The notes below the pieces were generated by a model that was not told the origin of the DNA, did not search any database, and was given only the letters and a program-made list of their open reading frames with translations. From a virus, in the IMG/VR virus record IMGVR_UViG_3300007734_000759, positions 87,154-151,153 of that record: 64,000 nucleotides of DNA. The stretch is one strand, 5' to 3'. The translations under genes were made by a program, and so were the position numbers. Positions 53,236 through 64,000 of this stretch are shown here, one piece after another. The first letter of the stretch is position 1; every line of letters begins with the position of its first letter.

Positions 53236-56200
53236 ATGAAAGGAACATTACACAAAATTAACAGCCAGTGGATCATCTCCTACCAAGAAGAGGTGATGCC
53301 AAGAGTAACCAGAAACTTGGACCTACCCCTATATCCTGGAGATGTCAAGACGCTGAACGATTACGGAGACTACTCAACCTCATGGGAGGATGGTCTAGCA
53401 GTTCAGTTTGAGATCATTGACGAGTTTACCCATCAGAAACTTTATGAAGGATTAGAATGGGGTATTGGGAAGTTTGCTAAGTTGTTGTGATATGTCGAGG
53501 AAGTCGTTAACAGAAACACCTGACGGTACCATCCCTGAGTTCTACGTAGTAAATTCTTTTGGAGAGATCTACGTGGGACTTTACCAGGGAGGTTGTGCAA
53601 AGTGGTCAAGTGATTGGAGCGAAGGTAAAACTCTCAACAATATTAACCAGCTACAGACAATCAAAAAGATGATGAAGTATGAGTATGGAGAGTTGGATAT
53701 TAAAGTGGAATTGGTGTACTTATAAAAAAAGAAGTTATGGCATACAACCGTTTTCGATGGTGGAGTAAAGGTAGACCAAGTAAGCCTCTCTCCGATAAAG
53801 CACACATCTGGGATAAGATTGAGAACAATGAGTACGAGCTGTCGTATATGTTCAAAGAGCTCGAAGATGAAAGAGCAAGAGCTCAAAAGCTGTACGACGA
53901 AGCTTACAGCTCCTACAAAGGTTCAGATGAGTTTGGTAAGAGGTATGTTGGATACGACAACAGCAGAATGGCTAGAGTGAGGTGTATGAAGTTGATGGAG
54001 GAGGCACATAAGGATGAAGAGAAGATCCTCACTAAACTAATAGCAGACTTTTCTTCTTGGTTTGGAATTGATCTAGAGCAGATCCTTGAGACTATTCCTC
54101 CTATGGATACTAAGGAACTATACCAGTACCTAAACGAAACTTATCCGAGAAGGACCGTTCCTCCTGTCCCAAGGGTGTGGAAGTAATTGTTAACAAATCT
54201 TAACAAAGTTGCTAAATCAAAATACAGATCGTATCTTTAAGTATAGAAAGAAACAGTTATGGAAGATAGAATCCAAATTAACGGTACCTGGTATGTAAAG
54301 GAACAACCAGATCCAGTAGTCAAAGAAAGACAAGTTGAAGTATTTGAGTACAAATGTCTAATGTACGAAGATCAGAGATTTTGTTTTGAAGCAACTATTG
54401 ACATTAAGGACAATGGTATACTAGATATACTAGACTTGATTAAAGTTACTGACAAAAGAGTCAAACCTTGGAAAGAAGAGACATGGGATAGTTTAGATTT
54501 CTTCCGCGGATGTCTAGAACGCAATTTAGACTCACTTTTATCTAGAGGCCTTAGAGGTGAAAGTGGGTTTAGTGATGATGATGTTGAAAACTTTATTGCG
54601 TTCTTAAAAGAAATTCAAAAGAGAGGTTGGTTATGAAACAAACAGCAGTAGAATGGTTAATTAGCAATTTGCAACAATCTAAGGATTGGCAAAGAGTATT
54701 GAATGAAGTTAGCCAAATGAGTACAGTGCAATTTAATTTACTTGAACAAGCTAAAAAGATGGAGAATGAGCAGAGGTTTGAAGATTTTAAACAAGGTTTT
54801 CATTCAGCTTTTGAATCATTAGAAGCCGCAAACAACTCGGTTCAAAGTAAAACCTTTAAATCAGAATAAGATGAAAGGAACAATAGACCTACATGAGAAA
54901 TGGGGTTGGGGTGTAATCAACCATACTGATGAATCAATTCCAGATTGGATACCTCTACACCCTGATGACCTCACCTACTTTGCTGAGATGAATGAGAGGT
55001 TTGATAACTTCGAAGCTCGTGTACTTTCAAAACCTGAAGTAGAGTTTGAAACTATTATCCATCCTAAATTTACAGGTAGAATCATCTACGCTAAACTAAT
55101 TACAAAATGAGCCAAAAGTTTATATACGTTGCAACATGGGATGGTATTCCTGTACTAGGTGCACCTAATAGAGAGTTACTAGAACAAGCCCTCAATGAGT
55201 ATAATAACGATACACCTATCAGATATGAAGCCTACAATCCAAAATACCCTGATGATTTAGAAGGTTGGTATTATTACAAAGACCCTCAAACAGAAGGTGA
55301 AGAGATTAGATTTTCTGTTAGGTGTATTGAATTTAAAGGAGAGTAACAAATGAGTAGTGGCAAACAGTATATCATTGTTGACTTAATCAACAAAAGATTC
55401 TTTTTAGATACCAACGGTGATGTTATGATATTTGAAGATTATGATAAGACATTATTACATTGTGGTATCTATGAACTTGAAAATGCTTGGGTAAGTGAAT
55501 TAAAACATAATCATATAGAAGGAGGTAACAAATGAAATTTGAACTAATGCAATTCAGATGGTACCGTAAGTGGAAAGGTGGTTCATATTATCTAATCTAT
55601 AATTGGTTACCTATGTTCCCATTTTGGTCAGACAAACTAATAACAAGTTGTGGAAGTAGAGCAATCAAAGAAGAACATTGGGAGGTTAGGAAATGATTAT
55701 TATTCTAGCAGCACTTCTAATTTGTTTACCTCTATACTTAATAGCAGGTGAATTAAGACAAATAAATAAAAAGAAATGAAAGTAAGAGTAAAACACAAAG
55801 AGACAGAAGTAGAAGTAAGTGATGAGTTGGGAAAGCAAGATACATATGTTTTAATTTATTACAACCAAACCTACCTACTCAAATTACTTGAAAAGATTGC
55901 AGATGAAATTGTAAAAATGAATAAAGATGAATAAGTACCATTTACGAGTATTGTACGCATCCCATTATACCGATATAGTTATTGCTGATGGGGTGGATGT
56001 AAATGCAAGAGGAGACTATCAGTTTTGGAAATTTGAAAATGATAGTGCTACTACATACAATGTAGCTCATTATCCAATCCACCGTACAATTATTGAAACA
56101 ATAGAATACGGAACAGAAGAAGGTTGAGTTTCTTAACAAATCTTAACAAAGTTGCAAACTAAATTCTCTGAGCGTATCTTTAAGTATTGAAAGAAAACAA

Positions 56201-56746
56201 AACAAGTTATGAAAGTATCAAACAGATCAAGACAAGTAGCCCAAACCATTCAAGAACAATTGATGGCAGGTGGAATGGAAAAGGTAATGAGTTGGGGAGT
56301 GAGTCAGTGGAGAGTTGGAGAGTTGGAAGACGAACGTCCTTTCCTTGCAATGAGTGTTAATGGACTGTTGCATCAAGGTGAGACTCGTATTATCTTAGAA
56401 TGGAGTGATACATACACTGTGCAGAACATGGAACAAGGCAAAGTGATTAAAGAACAGCAAGACGTTTACTTTGATGAAGTTACAGATGTGGTGGATAGTT
56501 TTGTAGAGTATCCTGGATCAGATGAAGAGTATCGTGATGCAATCAATAAAGTTTTTAACAATGAGTGACAAAGAAAAGTCAGGAGGTATTGGTTTATTGG
56601 GAATGGTTTTCCTAGTGTTCCTGATCCTTAAATTAGCAAACGTAGGAGCAGTAGCTAACTGGTCTTGGTGGTGGGTATTCTCTCCTCTTTGGATCCCAGT
56701 AGTGGTAGGGTTACTAATCGTAGCTTTGATCCAATTGTTTGATTAA
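53236..56746 (+). CDS. Cluster of short hypothetical early-type ORFs (53236, 53492, 53737, 54259, 54633, 54871, 55107, 55350, 55927, 56209, 56561 hydrophobic)
   Basis: Coupled + strand ORFs after promoters at 53211, 54232 and 56175. Confidence 0.55.
56128..56211 (+). repeat. Representative near-identical ~80-nt promoter repeat (also 62181-62261, 63329-63421, 54187-54261, 57504-57591)
   Basis: gtttcttaacaaatcttaacaaagtt...tctc.gagcgtatctttaagtattgaaa...aacaagttATG. Confidence 0.9.
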
Positions 56747-56755
56747 GTAACAAAG

Positions 56756-56831
56756 GCTCCTGTATCCCCTCATGCTTATACCATGTCGAAAGGGTAGTTG
56801 GTTCACGTGGGTTCAAGTCCCTCCAGGAGTA
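56756..56831 (+). ncRNA. tRNA-like RNA with anticodon UAU (Ile) and non-canonical core
   Basis: 7-bp acceptor GCTCCTG/CAGGAGT plus A; T-loop TTCAAGT; CATG-CTTATAC-CATG arm; no D-arm at the normal position. Confidence 0.65.
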
Positions 56832-56846
56832 CCTAATAAAGTAAAT

Positions 56847-56919
56847 GCGCTCTTAGCTCAGAGGTTAGAGCAGGGAACTCATAATTCCTTGGCCATAGGT
56901 TCGATCCCTATAGGGCGCA
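56847..56919 (+). tRNA. tRNA-CAT, probably Ile2 (lysidine-modified) or elongator Met
   Basis: Cloverleaf GCGCTCT/AGGGCGC-A, AGCTCAGAGGTTAGAGC, CT-CAT-AA, GTTCGATCC; G1-C72 excludes initiator. Confidence 0.9.
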
Positions 56920-56924
56920 CAAAT

Positions 56925-56998
56925 GTCTCCATAGCTCAGTTGGATAGAGCGACTGCCTTCTAAGCAGTAGGTCACAAGTTCGAACCTTGTTGGAGATA
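56925..56998 (+). tRNA. tRNA-Arg(TCT)
   Basis: GTCTCCA/TGGAGAT-A, AGCTCAGTTGGATAGAGC, CTGC-CT-TCT-AA-GCAG, GTTCGAACC. Confidence 0.95.
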
Positions 56999-57011
56999 CG
57001 AATAAAGAATT

Positions 57012-57494
57012 ATGAAGTATATTTTCAGAGGTCATACAGTATTTGAATATGACCCAAACGACAAATATGATAAAGTCAAACAAGGTAAAATACATGATGT
57101 TATTCCTGCATTTGACTTTTGTAGGATGATCTCTGAAGATTACAGATTACTAGGTGAGTTTTTTACGACAGTATATAGACACACCCAAGGTGAGAATGTG
57201 GAACTAAAAGACATTGAAGTATATTAAAATAAAAGTGATATGGAAATAAGTATGTATGGGACGGAGTCCTATGTAACCTTTGTTCGTAGAGAACGTATTG
57301 AGATTGACACAGACAACTATCCTGAACTAGAAGGAATGAGTTTGGAAGAGGCTCAGCAGTACATTATGGAGAATGCATGGGACATGAAGCCCACAAACGA
57401 TCAGTACTATGATTCGTTAGGTGAGGAAGTATTCCAAATGGATGTGGCCAGAGAAAAGATCACAGGAGAGGAAAGTGGGATTGAATTTGATTGA
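57012..57494 (+). CDS. Two hypothetical proteins (57012-57227; 57240-57494)
   Basis: ORFs downstream of the tRNAs. Confidence 0.55.
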
Positions 57495-57588
57495 GGTGCA
57501 AATTGTTAACAAATCTTAACAAAGTTGCTGAGTTAATTTTCTCAACGTATCTTTAGGTATTGAAAGTTAAACAATTAAATAAACAGTT

Positions 57589-58407
57589 ATGTCAATGATG
57601 AACATCAAATCAGCGGTACACAAGTACCTAACCATGGAGCAGATCAAAGAACAAGCTCCTTCAATCTTTACTGAGACTGCTATCCCTACAGCGTCTGAGA
57701 AGTACACTCACATTCCAACCTCTCGTATCATTTCTGATATGGAAGCTTTGAATTGGAAAGTGGTAGATGCTAAGCAAGTTAAGGTACGAGCAGAACGTAA
57801 GATGGGATACCAAAAGCACTTGCTTGTGTTCCGTAATGAGGATGTAGTGATCAATGGAAGTAATGGAGACACAGTCTATCCTCAAATTCTTATGACCAAC
57901 TCTCACGACGGTCTTAGTGCTTTCCACTTCAAGGCAGGACTGTTTCGATTAGTATGCTCCAATGGTTTGGTTATTGCAGATAAGGAGTTCGAAGATGCAA
58001 AGATCCGTCACAAGGGGTACACCTTTGAGGAGTTACAACAAACCATCCGAGAGCTTACATTGAAGTTACCTTTGACAGTAGAGGCAATGAATAAGATGAA
58101 CGAGACTGAACTTGGTATGGAGCAAGCTTTGGAATTTGCTAAGAAGGCTTTGGAGCTTCGTCACCCTGAGAAGAATGGATTCCGTATTGAGGTTGACTTG
58201 GAAGAACTCCTTTCAGCTCAGCGTCAAGAAGATGAAGGAATGTCGGTTTGGAAAGTGTTTAATCGTGTACAAGAGAAGATCGTTTCCGGAGATTACAAAT
58301 ACGCTACACGTAAAAGCAATCGCCGTGCAAAACCTTTAAAATCTTTTATTCGAGATACCAAGATCAACGAGGAGATGTTTAGTCTAGCTCTCGAGTATTG
58401 TAATTAA
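57589..58407 (+). CDS. DUF932-family protein
   Basis: APSIF, Y..IPT, QKH...FR, NSHDG...F..GLFRLVCSNGLV, RH, W.VFNRVQE. Confidence 0.8.
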   Translation: MSMMNIKSAVHKYLTMEQIKEQAPSIFTETAIPTASEKYTHIPTSRIISDMEALNWKVVDAKQVKVRAERKMGYQKHLLVFRNEDVVINGSNGDTVYPQILMTNSHDGLSAFHFKAGLFRLVCSNGLVIADKEFEDAKIRHKGYTFEELQQTIRELTLKLPLTVEAMNKMNETELGMEQALEFAKKALELRHPEKNGFRIEVDLEELLSAQRQEDEGMSVWKVFNRVQEKIVSGDYKYATRKSNRRAKPLKSFIRDTKINEEMFSLALEYCN

Positions 58408-58434
58408 AAAATCATAATTTTGTTTGTTTAGTGT

Positions 58435-58471
58435 AAAGGAAAACCCTGGTGCATAGCCAGGGTTCCTTTTT
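58435..58471 (+). terminator. Intrinsic terminator
   Basis: AACCCTGG-n7-CCAGGGTT plus CCTTTTT. Confidence 0.7.
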
Positions 58472-58474
58472 AGT

Positions 58475-58522
58475 CTGATATTTATAAGTGACCAAACAAA
58501 TAAATACTATGATAAATATCAG
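58475..58522 (+). promoter_or_regulatory. Hairpin pairing the TATTTAT motif with the codons right after the GIY-YIG start
   Basis: CTGATATTTAT (58475-85) / ATAAATATCAG (58512-22), 11 perfect bp; ATG at 58509. Confidence 0.65.
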
Positions 58523-59126
58523 CATAATCTACAAGATTACAAACCCCTCAGGGAAAGTCTACATAGGACAAACTATAAACCTCAAGGCTAGAAAATGGGC
58601 CTACTCGAGAGGAGGATCTACTCAACAGGCCAAACTTAGCAGATCGATTCAGAAACATGGATGGGATAGTCATACTTTTGATATTATCTTCCAAGGTATT
58701 TGCAGTGCGGATTGTTTGAATAAGTTGGAAAGGTACTACATAGCTCACTACAACAGCATGAAGCAAGGTCTCAACTGCACAGAAGGAGGTGGTGGAGCAA
58801 GAGGTCGTACTATGAGCGCTGAATCCTTGGCCCAAATGTCACAGCGACTGAAGGGGAGAGTCTTTACAGAAGAGTGGAAAAGAAAGATATCAGAAGCTTG
58901 TAAGGGTAGACCTGCTCACAACAAAGGAAAACAAAAAGCTCCGGAACTAGTGGAACTTCATAAAAAACCAATCATTCAATACAGCAAGCAGGGAGACTTT
59001 ATACGAGAGTGGTCTTGTGCTATGGAAGCTTCCAAAGCTTTAGCAATATCTAATAGCTGCATAGGCAGGTGTTGCACAGGAGATTTGAAATCCTATTCTG
59101 GACATGTCTGGCGTCATAAATCTTAA
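58509..59126 (+). mobile_element. GIY-YIG homing endonuclease with NUMOD repeats
   Basis: IIYKITNPSGKVYIGQT...R, LE..YI, GLN.T.GG; EEWKRKISE; KPIIQYSKQG. Confidence 0.9.
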
Positions 59127-59196
59127 AATTTCTTAACAAAGTTTCTCAATTCAAAATATGTCAGTATCTTTAGGTATTGATAAAATAAAAACAGTT

Positions 59197-59994
59197 ATGA
59201 ATTACTACCAAAAGCAAAAGTTAAAACGTCAAGCATTAGCAGCAGCTAACGTATTCGATGTTACACAGGTCAAAACTTACAGAGCACATGAGTTGCATTT
59301 CGACCCTAGCCTCTTTGTGCCAATGCCTTCAGGAAAGGAGATTGATACCTTATTTTCTTCTGAGGGAGGATTGATGCCTGCTACTTCTGTAATGATTTCA
59401 GGGGGTCCGGGATCAGGAAAGACTACCGTTACTTTGGATTTATTAGCTGCTCTTACTAAGAAAGGATATCGATGTCTTTTTATTAGCGGTGAAATGGATG
59501 CCATCGGATATGTAAAATACGCAAAGAGGATGCCTGTTATTCAAAACGTGGAGACTTTATTTTTACGCGACTATGCCTTACAAGTTAAGCCAGTATTGGA
59601 ACACGTCCTTGATATTGGATATGATGTTGTTGCTACTGACTCTATTGCTGAGGTTATTGACTTGTTCAAGGATGGACAATCGACTACTGAAGGAATCGCA
59701 GAGCATTGGTTCTTGCAGTTGATTGATAAACATAAGAAGGGATCTAACACAAGAGGAGTCCATACTTCGTTTGTTAATATCCAACAAATGACTAAAGCAG
59801 GGATCGGTAGTGGTTCCAATAGATTACCTCACATGCATGATGGAGTAGCTTTGATTCAAAGAAACAAAGAGACTGGTGAACGTAAGTTGTGGTTCTCTAA
59901 GAATAGAGATTGTGCTTTGGACTATGCTGTTCATTTCTCAATCGACGGAGATGGAGTTAGATATCACTTTGCCCCTATTGACGATGAAGAATAA
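59197..59994 (+). CDS. RecA-superfamily ATPase (RadA/Sms-like)
   Basis: GGLMP, GGPGSGKTT, LFISGE, DSI, Q.TK.G, H..D, KNR. Confidence 0.75.
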   Translation: MNYYQKQKLKRQALAAANVFDVTQVKTYRAHELHFDPSLFVPMPSGKEIDTLFSSEGGLMPATSVMISGGPGSGKTTVTLDLLAALTKKGYRCLFISGEMDAIGYVKYAKRMPVIQNVETLFLRDYALQVKPVLEHVLDIGYDVVATDSIAEVIDLFKDGQSTTEGIAEHWFLQLIDKHKKGSNTRGVHTSFVNIQQMTKAGIGSGSNRLPHMHDGVALIQRNKETGERKLWFSKNRDCALDYAVHFSIDGDGVRYHFAPIDDEE

Positions 59995-60270
59995 ATTTAC
60001 ACAGCTGCTAGCTAGGACCTGGGATTGGGTCCTGCTAGCTTTTGCAGCAGCCTTTGCTATGGTAATCTTTAAGGGAGGAGTTTGGATAATGGATCACTCC
60101 AACCCCTTGGTAATGTTGTTGGGTTTTATTGTATGCAGCAGTGCAGTATTAACTTTCTCAGCAGTAGTGTTTGAATTTGTAGATAGGGTGAGAAATCTTA
60201 AAAAACCTTAACAAAGTTTCTCTTTCCGATTGATGTGTGTATCTTTAGGTATTGAAAAACAAAACAAGTT

Positions 60271-61032
60271 ATGAACAAATTTAACATTGCCCAAGCCAAA
60301 CGTCAAACAGGATTGTCTTACATCGGTGGAGTAAGCTTAAGCTCTAAGATGGAGAAGTCTGAGAACTACAATGAGTTGACTTATGTAATCTATTTAGCTC
60401 CTGCTAAGTTGTCAGGTTACAATGTATGTCCTCAAGCATCCTCTCACTGCATCGCAGCTTGCTTACATGAGTCAGGACAGAACCGAATGGACATTCACGA
60501 AAATAGAATCAACAAAGCAAGGATCAAGAAGACTAAGTTATTCTATGAGGACAGAGAGTTATTTGTTCGATGGACTGTTGAGGAGATCCGTAAAGCCAAA
60601 GCCAAGGCAGATAAGGAAGGTAAGGCATTCTCAGTTCGACTAAATGGAACTAGTGACCTATCTCCAGAGCTATTCAAGTTGGAAGGTAAGAACATCTTAG
60701 AGATCTTTCCGGACATTCAATTCTATGATTACACTAAGGTAGCTAAGAGGTTAGCTCTTGTTAACAAGTATCCTAACTACGATCTAACTTATTCATTCTC
60801 AGGGGATAACTGGGAGCAGTGTGAGCAAGCATTAGGAGAAGGTTTCAGGATCAGTGTAGTTTTCGATAAGCTCCCTCAGCAGCACTTAGGTTACAAAGTT
60901 GTAGATGGAGACATTTATGATATGAGGTACAAAGATCCTTCTAACTGTATTGTAGGGTTGAAGTTCAAGAAGGTACGAACTAAGATTGACTTTTCCTCTA
61001 CTCCTTTTGTAATTCAAACCAACTGTGGTTGA
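60271..61032 (+). CDS. Phage gp88-like protein
   Basis: NVCP.AS..C...CL, VRLNGTSDL, FYDYTK, NY.LTYS, DGD..D.R..D. Confidence 0.65.
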   Translation: MNKFNIAQAKRQTGLSYIGGVSLSSKMEKSENYNELTYVIYLAPAKLSGYNVCPQASSHCIAACLHESGQNRMDIHENRINKARIKKTKLFYEDRELFVRWTVEEIRKAKAKADKEGKAFSVRLNGTSDLSPELFKLEGKNILEIFPDIQFYDYTKVAKRLALVNKYPNYDLTYSFSGDNWEQCEQALGEGFRISVVFDKLPQQHLGYKVVDGDIYDMRYKDPSNCIVGLKFKKVRTKIDFSSTPFVIQTNCG

Positions 61033-61131
61033 GTTTCTTAACAAATGTTAAAATAAAAGGGAAGGTGTTTCTTAATCGAAATATCTTCCCTATCTTTAAG
61101 TATTGAAAGTAAAACACTAAAATAAAAAGTT

Positions 61132-63883
61132 ATGAACAAGATTAAAACATCCATTAACCAAGTCAAATCTCGATTGGTTGCACACGTGAACTCATCAGTA
61201 AAGGACTTAGAGGATATGCTACGTAGTGATGCAAAGATTAACATAGACCGAGGAGATTACGAAGACGCAGCTGACATGCTCAAAGACATTGCTCGTCACA
61301 AGAACGATGCAGAGCAGTTAATTGCTATGATTGAAGGTAGTCGATTTGCTGGAGCTATTATTCACAACATCGAGGATAACATCGATTGGTTTGGTCCATA
61401 CTTCATGGAAGATACTTTAGAGCTAGTCTCTATAATGTTTGATACACAATTTGAAGTAGACCATTGATATGATTTTATACAAGGACTTAATCAAGCAGGC
61501 TCACAAGTTGGGCCTGCACACGAAGGGACTCACTTACAGTCAGATCCTAAGAGCAGTACAAGTAGAACAATCTAAACAAAAATAAAGGTTATGAAGAAAG
61601 TAATTATTTTAGTAGGAGCACTATCATTCTTTGCATTAGCTCTCTACATCACCAACGGAGGAACAAAGACAGGCAAGCAGGTCTGGAATGAAACATTTAG
61701 TACGACTGATACGGTTGTTGTAGTGGTTAAATAATTAAACAAAAATAAGATATGGGGTTTTTCAGTTTCCTAACACAAGACACAGACAAGTCGATTGCAA
61801 GCAGCTACAGCAACAGACCAACGTTCACTGTCCACATGGTAGACGATAAAGGTAACGTATGGAAGGAAGAGAACTATGAAGGGTATGGAGAGTTTGGAGG
61901 AAAGGATTACTACGAATTACTTTCAGAGATGAATGGTGGTACAGGTGATCGAGGTGAAGGTATCTCAATGGCCTTTGATGGAGATGGTAGAGGACGTAAT
62001 CCAAGCGTCAAGCATCCCAACTTAGTTGAGGTTGTTAGTGGTTGGGAGTACACTCCAGAGGCTCCTCTCTCATGTCCGGATCAAGGATACTTTTATGGTA
62101 CTGATGATGAGTACGAGTACGAGGATGATGATTGGAATAATGATGAAGGAGATAGTACTCAGTATGATGACTGAGGTTAAGTTTCTTAACAAATCTTAAC
62201 AAAGTTGCTAATCAAATTCTCTCAGCGTATCTTTAAGTATTGAAAAACAAAACAAGTTATGTCATACAAACTAATCTTTAAAGTAGAGGTAAAAGACCCA
62301 AGGGGTAACCTCAAATTGTTTAAAACCTTTGTCAATGAGAACACAGCAATGTTATCTCACTACTTAGTAGGTCCAACAGGTACAAGCTTCTCCATTAGTA
62401 ACATGCAGTGCAAAGGATGGAAACCTGATCACTTAGATGAGTTGAGAGATGAGGATAGCGGTCAAGTTCAGTTAATCAAGTTAGTAGAGTACATCGATTC
62501 AGGATTGTACACTCGAGTACCTGGAACCTTAAAAATGTTTATGAACTATAATGGGGAGGTAGTGTAATGGCTATATACAATACTGACGTAGATCCAAACG
62601 TAACAATGTGGAACAAACAAAATGAAAAACCTACTATGAAAAAATTTACTGTAACTACATCAGCACCTTGCACTCAATACTGGACGTATGAGATTGAAGC
62701 TGAGACAGAAGAGCAGGCAATTGAGATTGCTTTAAGTGGAGAACATGATCCAGATGACTACTATGTAGAAGATGATGGATGGAATGACATTGAAGTATTC
62801 GAGTCGTATGAGATTGATGAAAATGGATTTCCTAAACAACAAGACAATGACAGTACAGGAACTAATTGAGAATTTAGAGTACCTCAAAGAAGAGTACGGA
62901 GCAGATACTGAGGTGATGTTTTCTTACACCGCTTCTGACTACTGGAAGACTGAGCTAGCACGAAACGTCAATGATGTGGATCTCAAAGCAGTAGCGTTTA
63001 GTAGCTACCATAGAACAGACAAGATTGTGGACTTAGAGGATTATGATGAGGATGATCAAGAGCCTAGTTCCGATAAAAAAGTAATAGTAATTAGCTAACC
63101 TTAAACAATAAAGATTTGAATAGCACCATAGTAAGAGATTATTTAGAACAAGCAGTAATGCTGCTTTTGGAAGTACAAGACCAAGTAGATGATGAAACAA
63201 GTCAAGCAATAGATGACCTATTAGATAAGATAGATCTCGAAATGGAGTTTGAAGAATATGATGAGCAGCTACCTACTACTTTACAAAATGAATTAACCAA
63301 GTTAGGGATCAAGTGGAACCAAGGGTAAGTTTCTTAACAAATCTTAACAAAGTTTCTCTTTCCATTTTCTCAGCGTATCTTTAAGTATTGAAAGAAAACA
63401 ACTAAACAAATAAAGGTTATGGCTAAGACTAAAACAAACAAGCAGGTGCTTACAAAAGCAATCAAAGAGATGAACGACTTCTCTGTAGCAATCCTAAGAG
63501 CTCACATCTTAGACTACTGTGATTCTATTTTGAATCTAAATGCAGATCAGTTGGAGGAGCAGTATGGTAAATCATTTATCGCTCCAGCACTATTAGTGTC
63601 TGTGGCACAAGAGATCAAATCTAAAGTAGACTTTTCAAACTGAGGACCTATGAAGACTATCGATTACAACAAACATATTTGGGAAGGGTGGACTGTAGGA
63701 GACTTTGTACAAGAGTTACAACCACACTTCGACTCTATCGTAAGTAATGCTAGACAGTGGGGTAGTGAACCTTTTCAAGCTGAAGGAAGCAGTCTAAAGG
63801 AGTGGTGCATGAGTGAACAACCATACTACAAGAAACACATTCCAGGAGTTTACAATCACTTCAAAAATCAATTAACAAAATAA
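61132..63883 (+). CDS. Short, mostly acidic early-type hypothetical ORFs (61132, 61752, 62259, 62567, 62847, 63116, 63419, 63650)
   Basis: ORFs behind promoters at 61091, 62228 and 63376. Confidence 0.55.
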
Positions 63884-64000
63884 GGTATGCTAAAAATTAC
63901 AAGAGGAACAGGTTTCCAAATGACATTCGAAAACGGATGGACTATTTCAGTACAGTTCGGATTTATGAACTACTGCGGTAATAGAGGTAGAGAAGATTCG

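Noticed and set aside
56772-57095. ORFs 56772-56963 (+) and 56865-57095 (-)
   Set aside because: They overlap the tRNA genes; spurious translations
54187-63421. Repeats as a CRISPR array
   Set aside because: Copies are 1-2 kb apart with genes between them, and they contain promoter elements; no regular spacers and no cas operon

Overview
64 kb of a large lytic dsDNA phage (Caudoviricetes); every credible gene is on the + strand and the standard code fits. The host is probably Bacteroidota: promoters look like TTG-N20-TATCTTTA, Shine-Dalgarno sites are almost absent, and one signal peptide ends in Gln. Left part (1-22.5 kb): replication and nucleotide genes (5'-3' exonuclease, DnaB-like helicase, class Ia RNR, PolA), a 7-deazaguanine DNA-modification cluster (FolE, QueD, QueE, DpdL-like, DpdA-like; no QueC in the window) and Hsp20/GroES/GroEL. 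Middle (22.8-40.4 kb): a glycosyltransferase, NDP-sugar and methyltransferase island. Right (41-64 kb): an early-type region of short ORFs behind a repeated promoter cassette, plus thyA, two homing endonucleases (a third lies in the deazaguanine cluster) and a tRNA cluster. Most notable signals: (1) six unrelated proteins sharing N-terminal leaders that end in I/L-x-E, mostly in late-promoter cassettes (candidate capsid-targeting cargo system); (2) a tRNA-sized RNA with anticodon UAU and a rearranged core; (3) a kissing-loop/loop-E RNA upstream of an HNH gene; (4) a helically phased TTAA-N6-TTAA box at 17 of 18 promoters; (5) a predicted dDG (7-deazaguanine) genome modification. All calls come from reading motifs by eye; no database searches were run.
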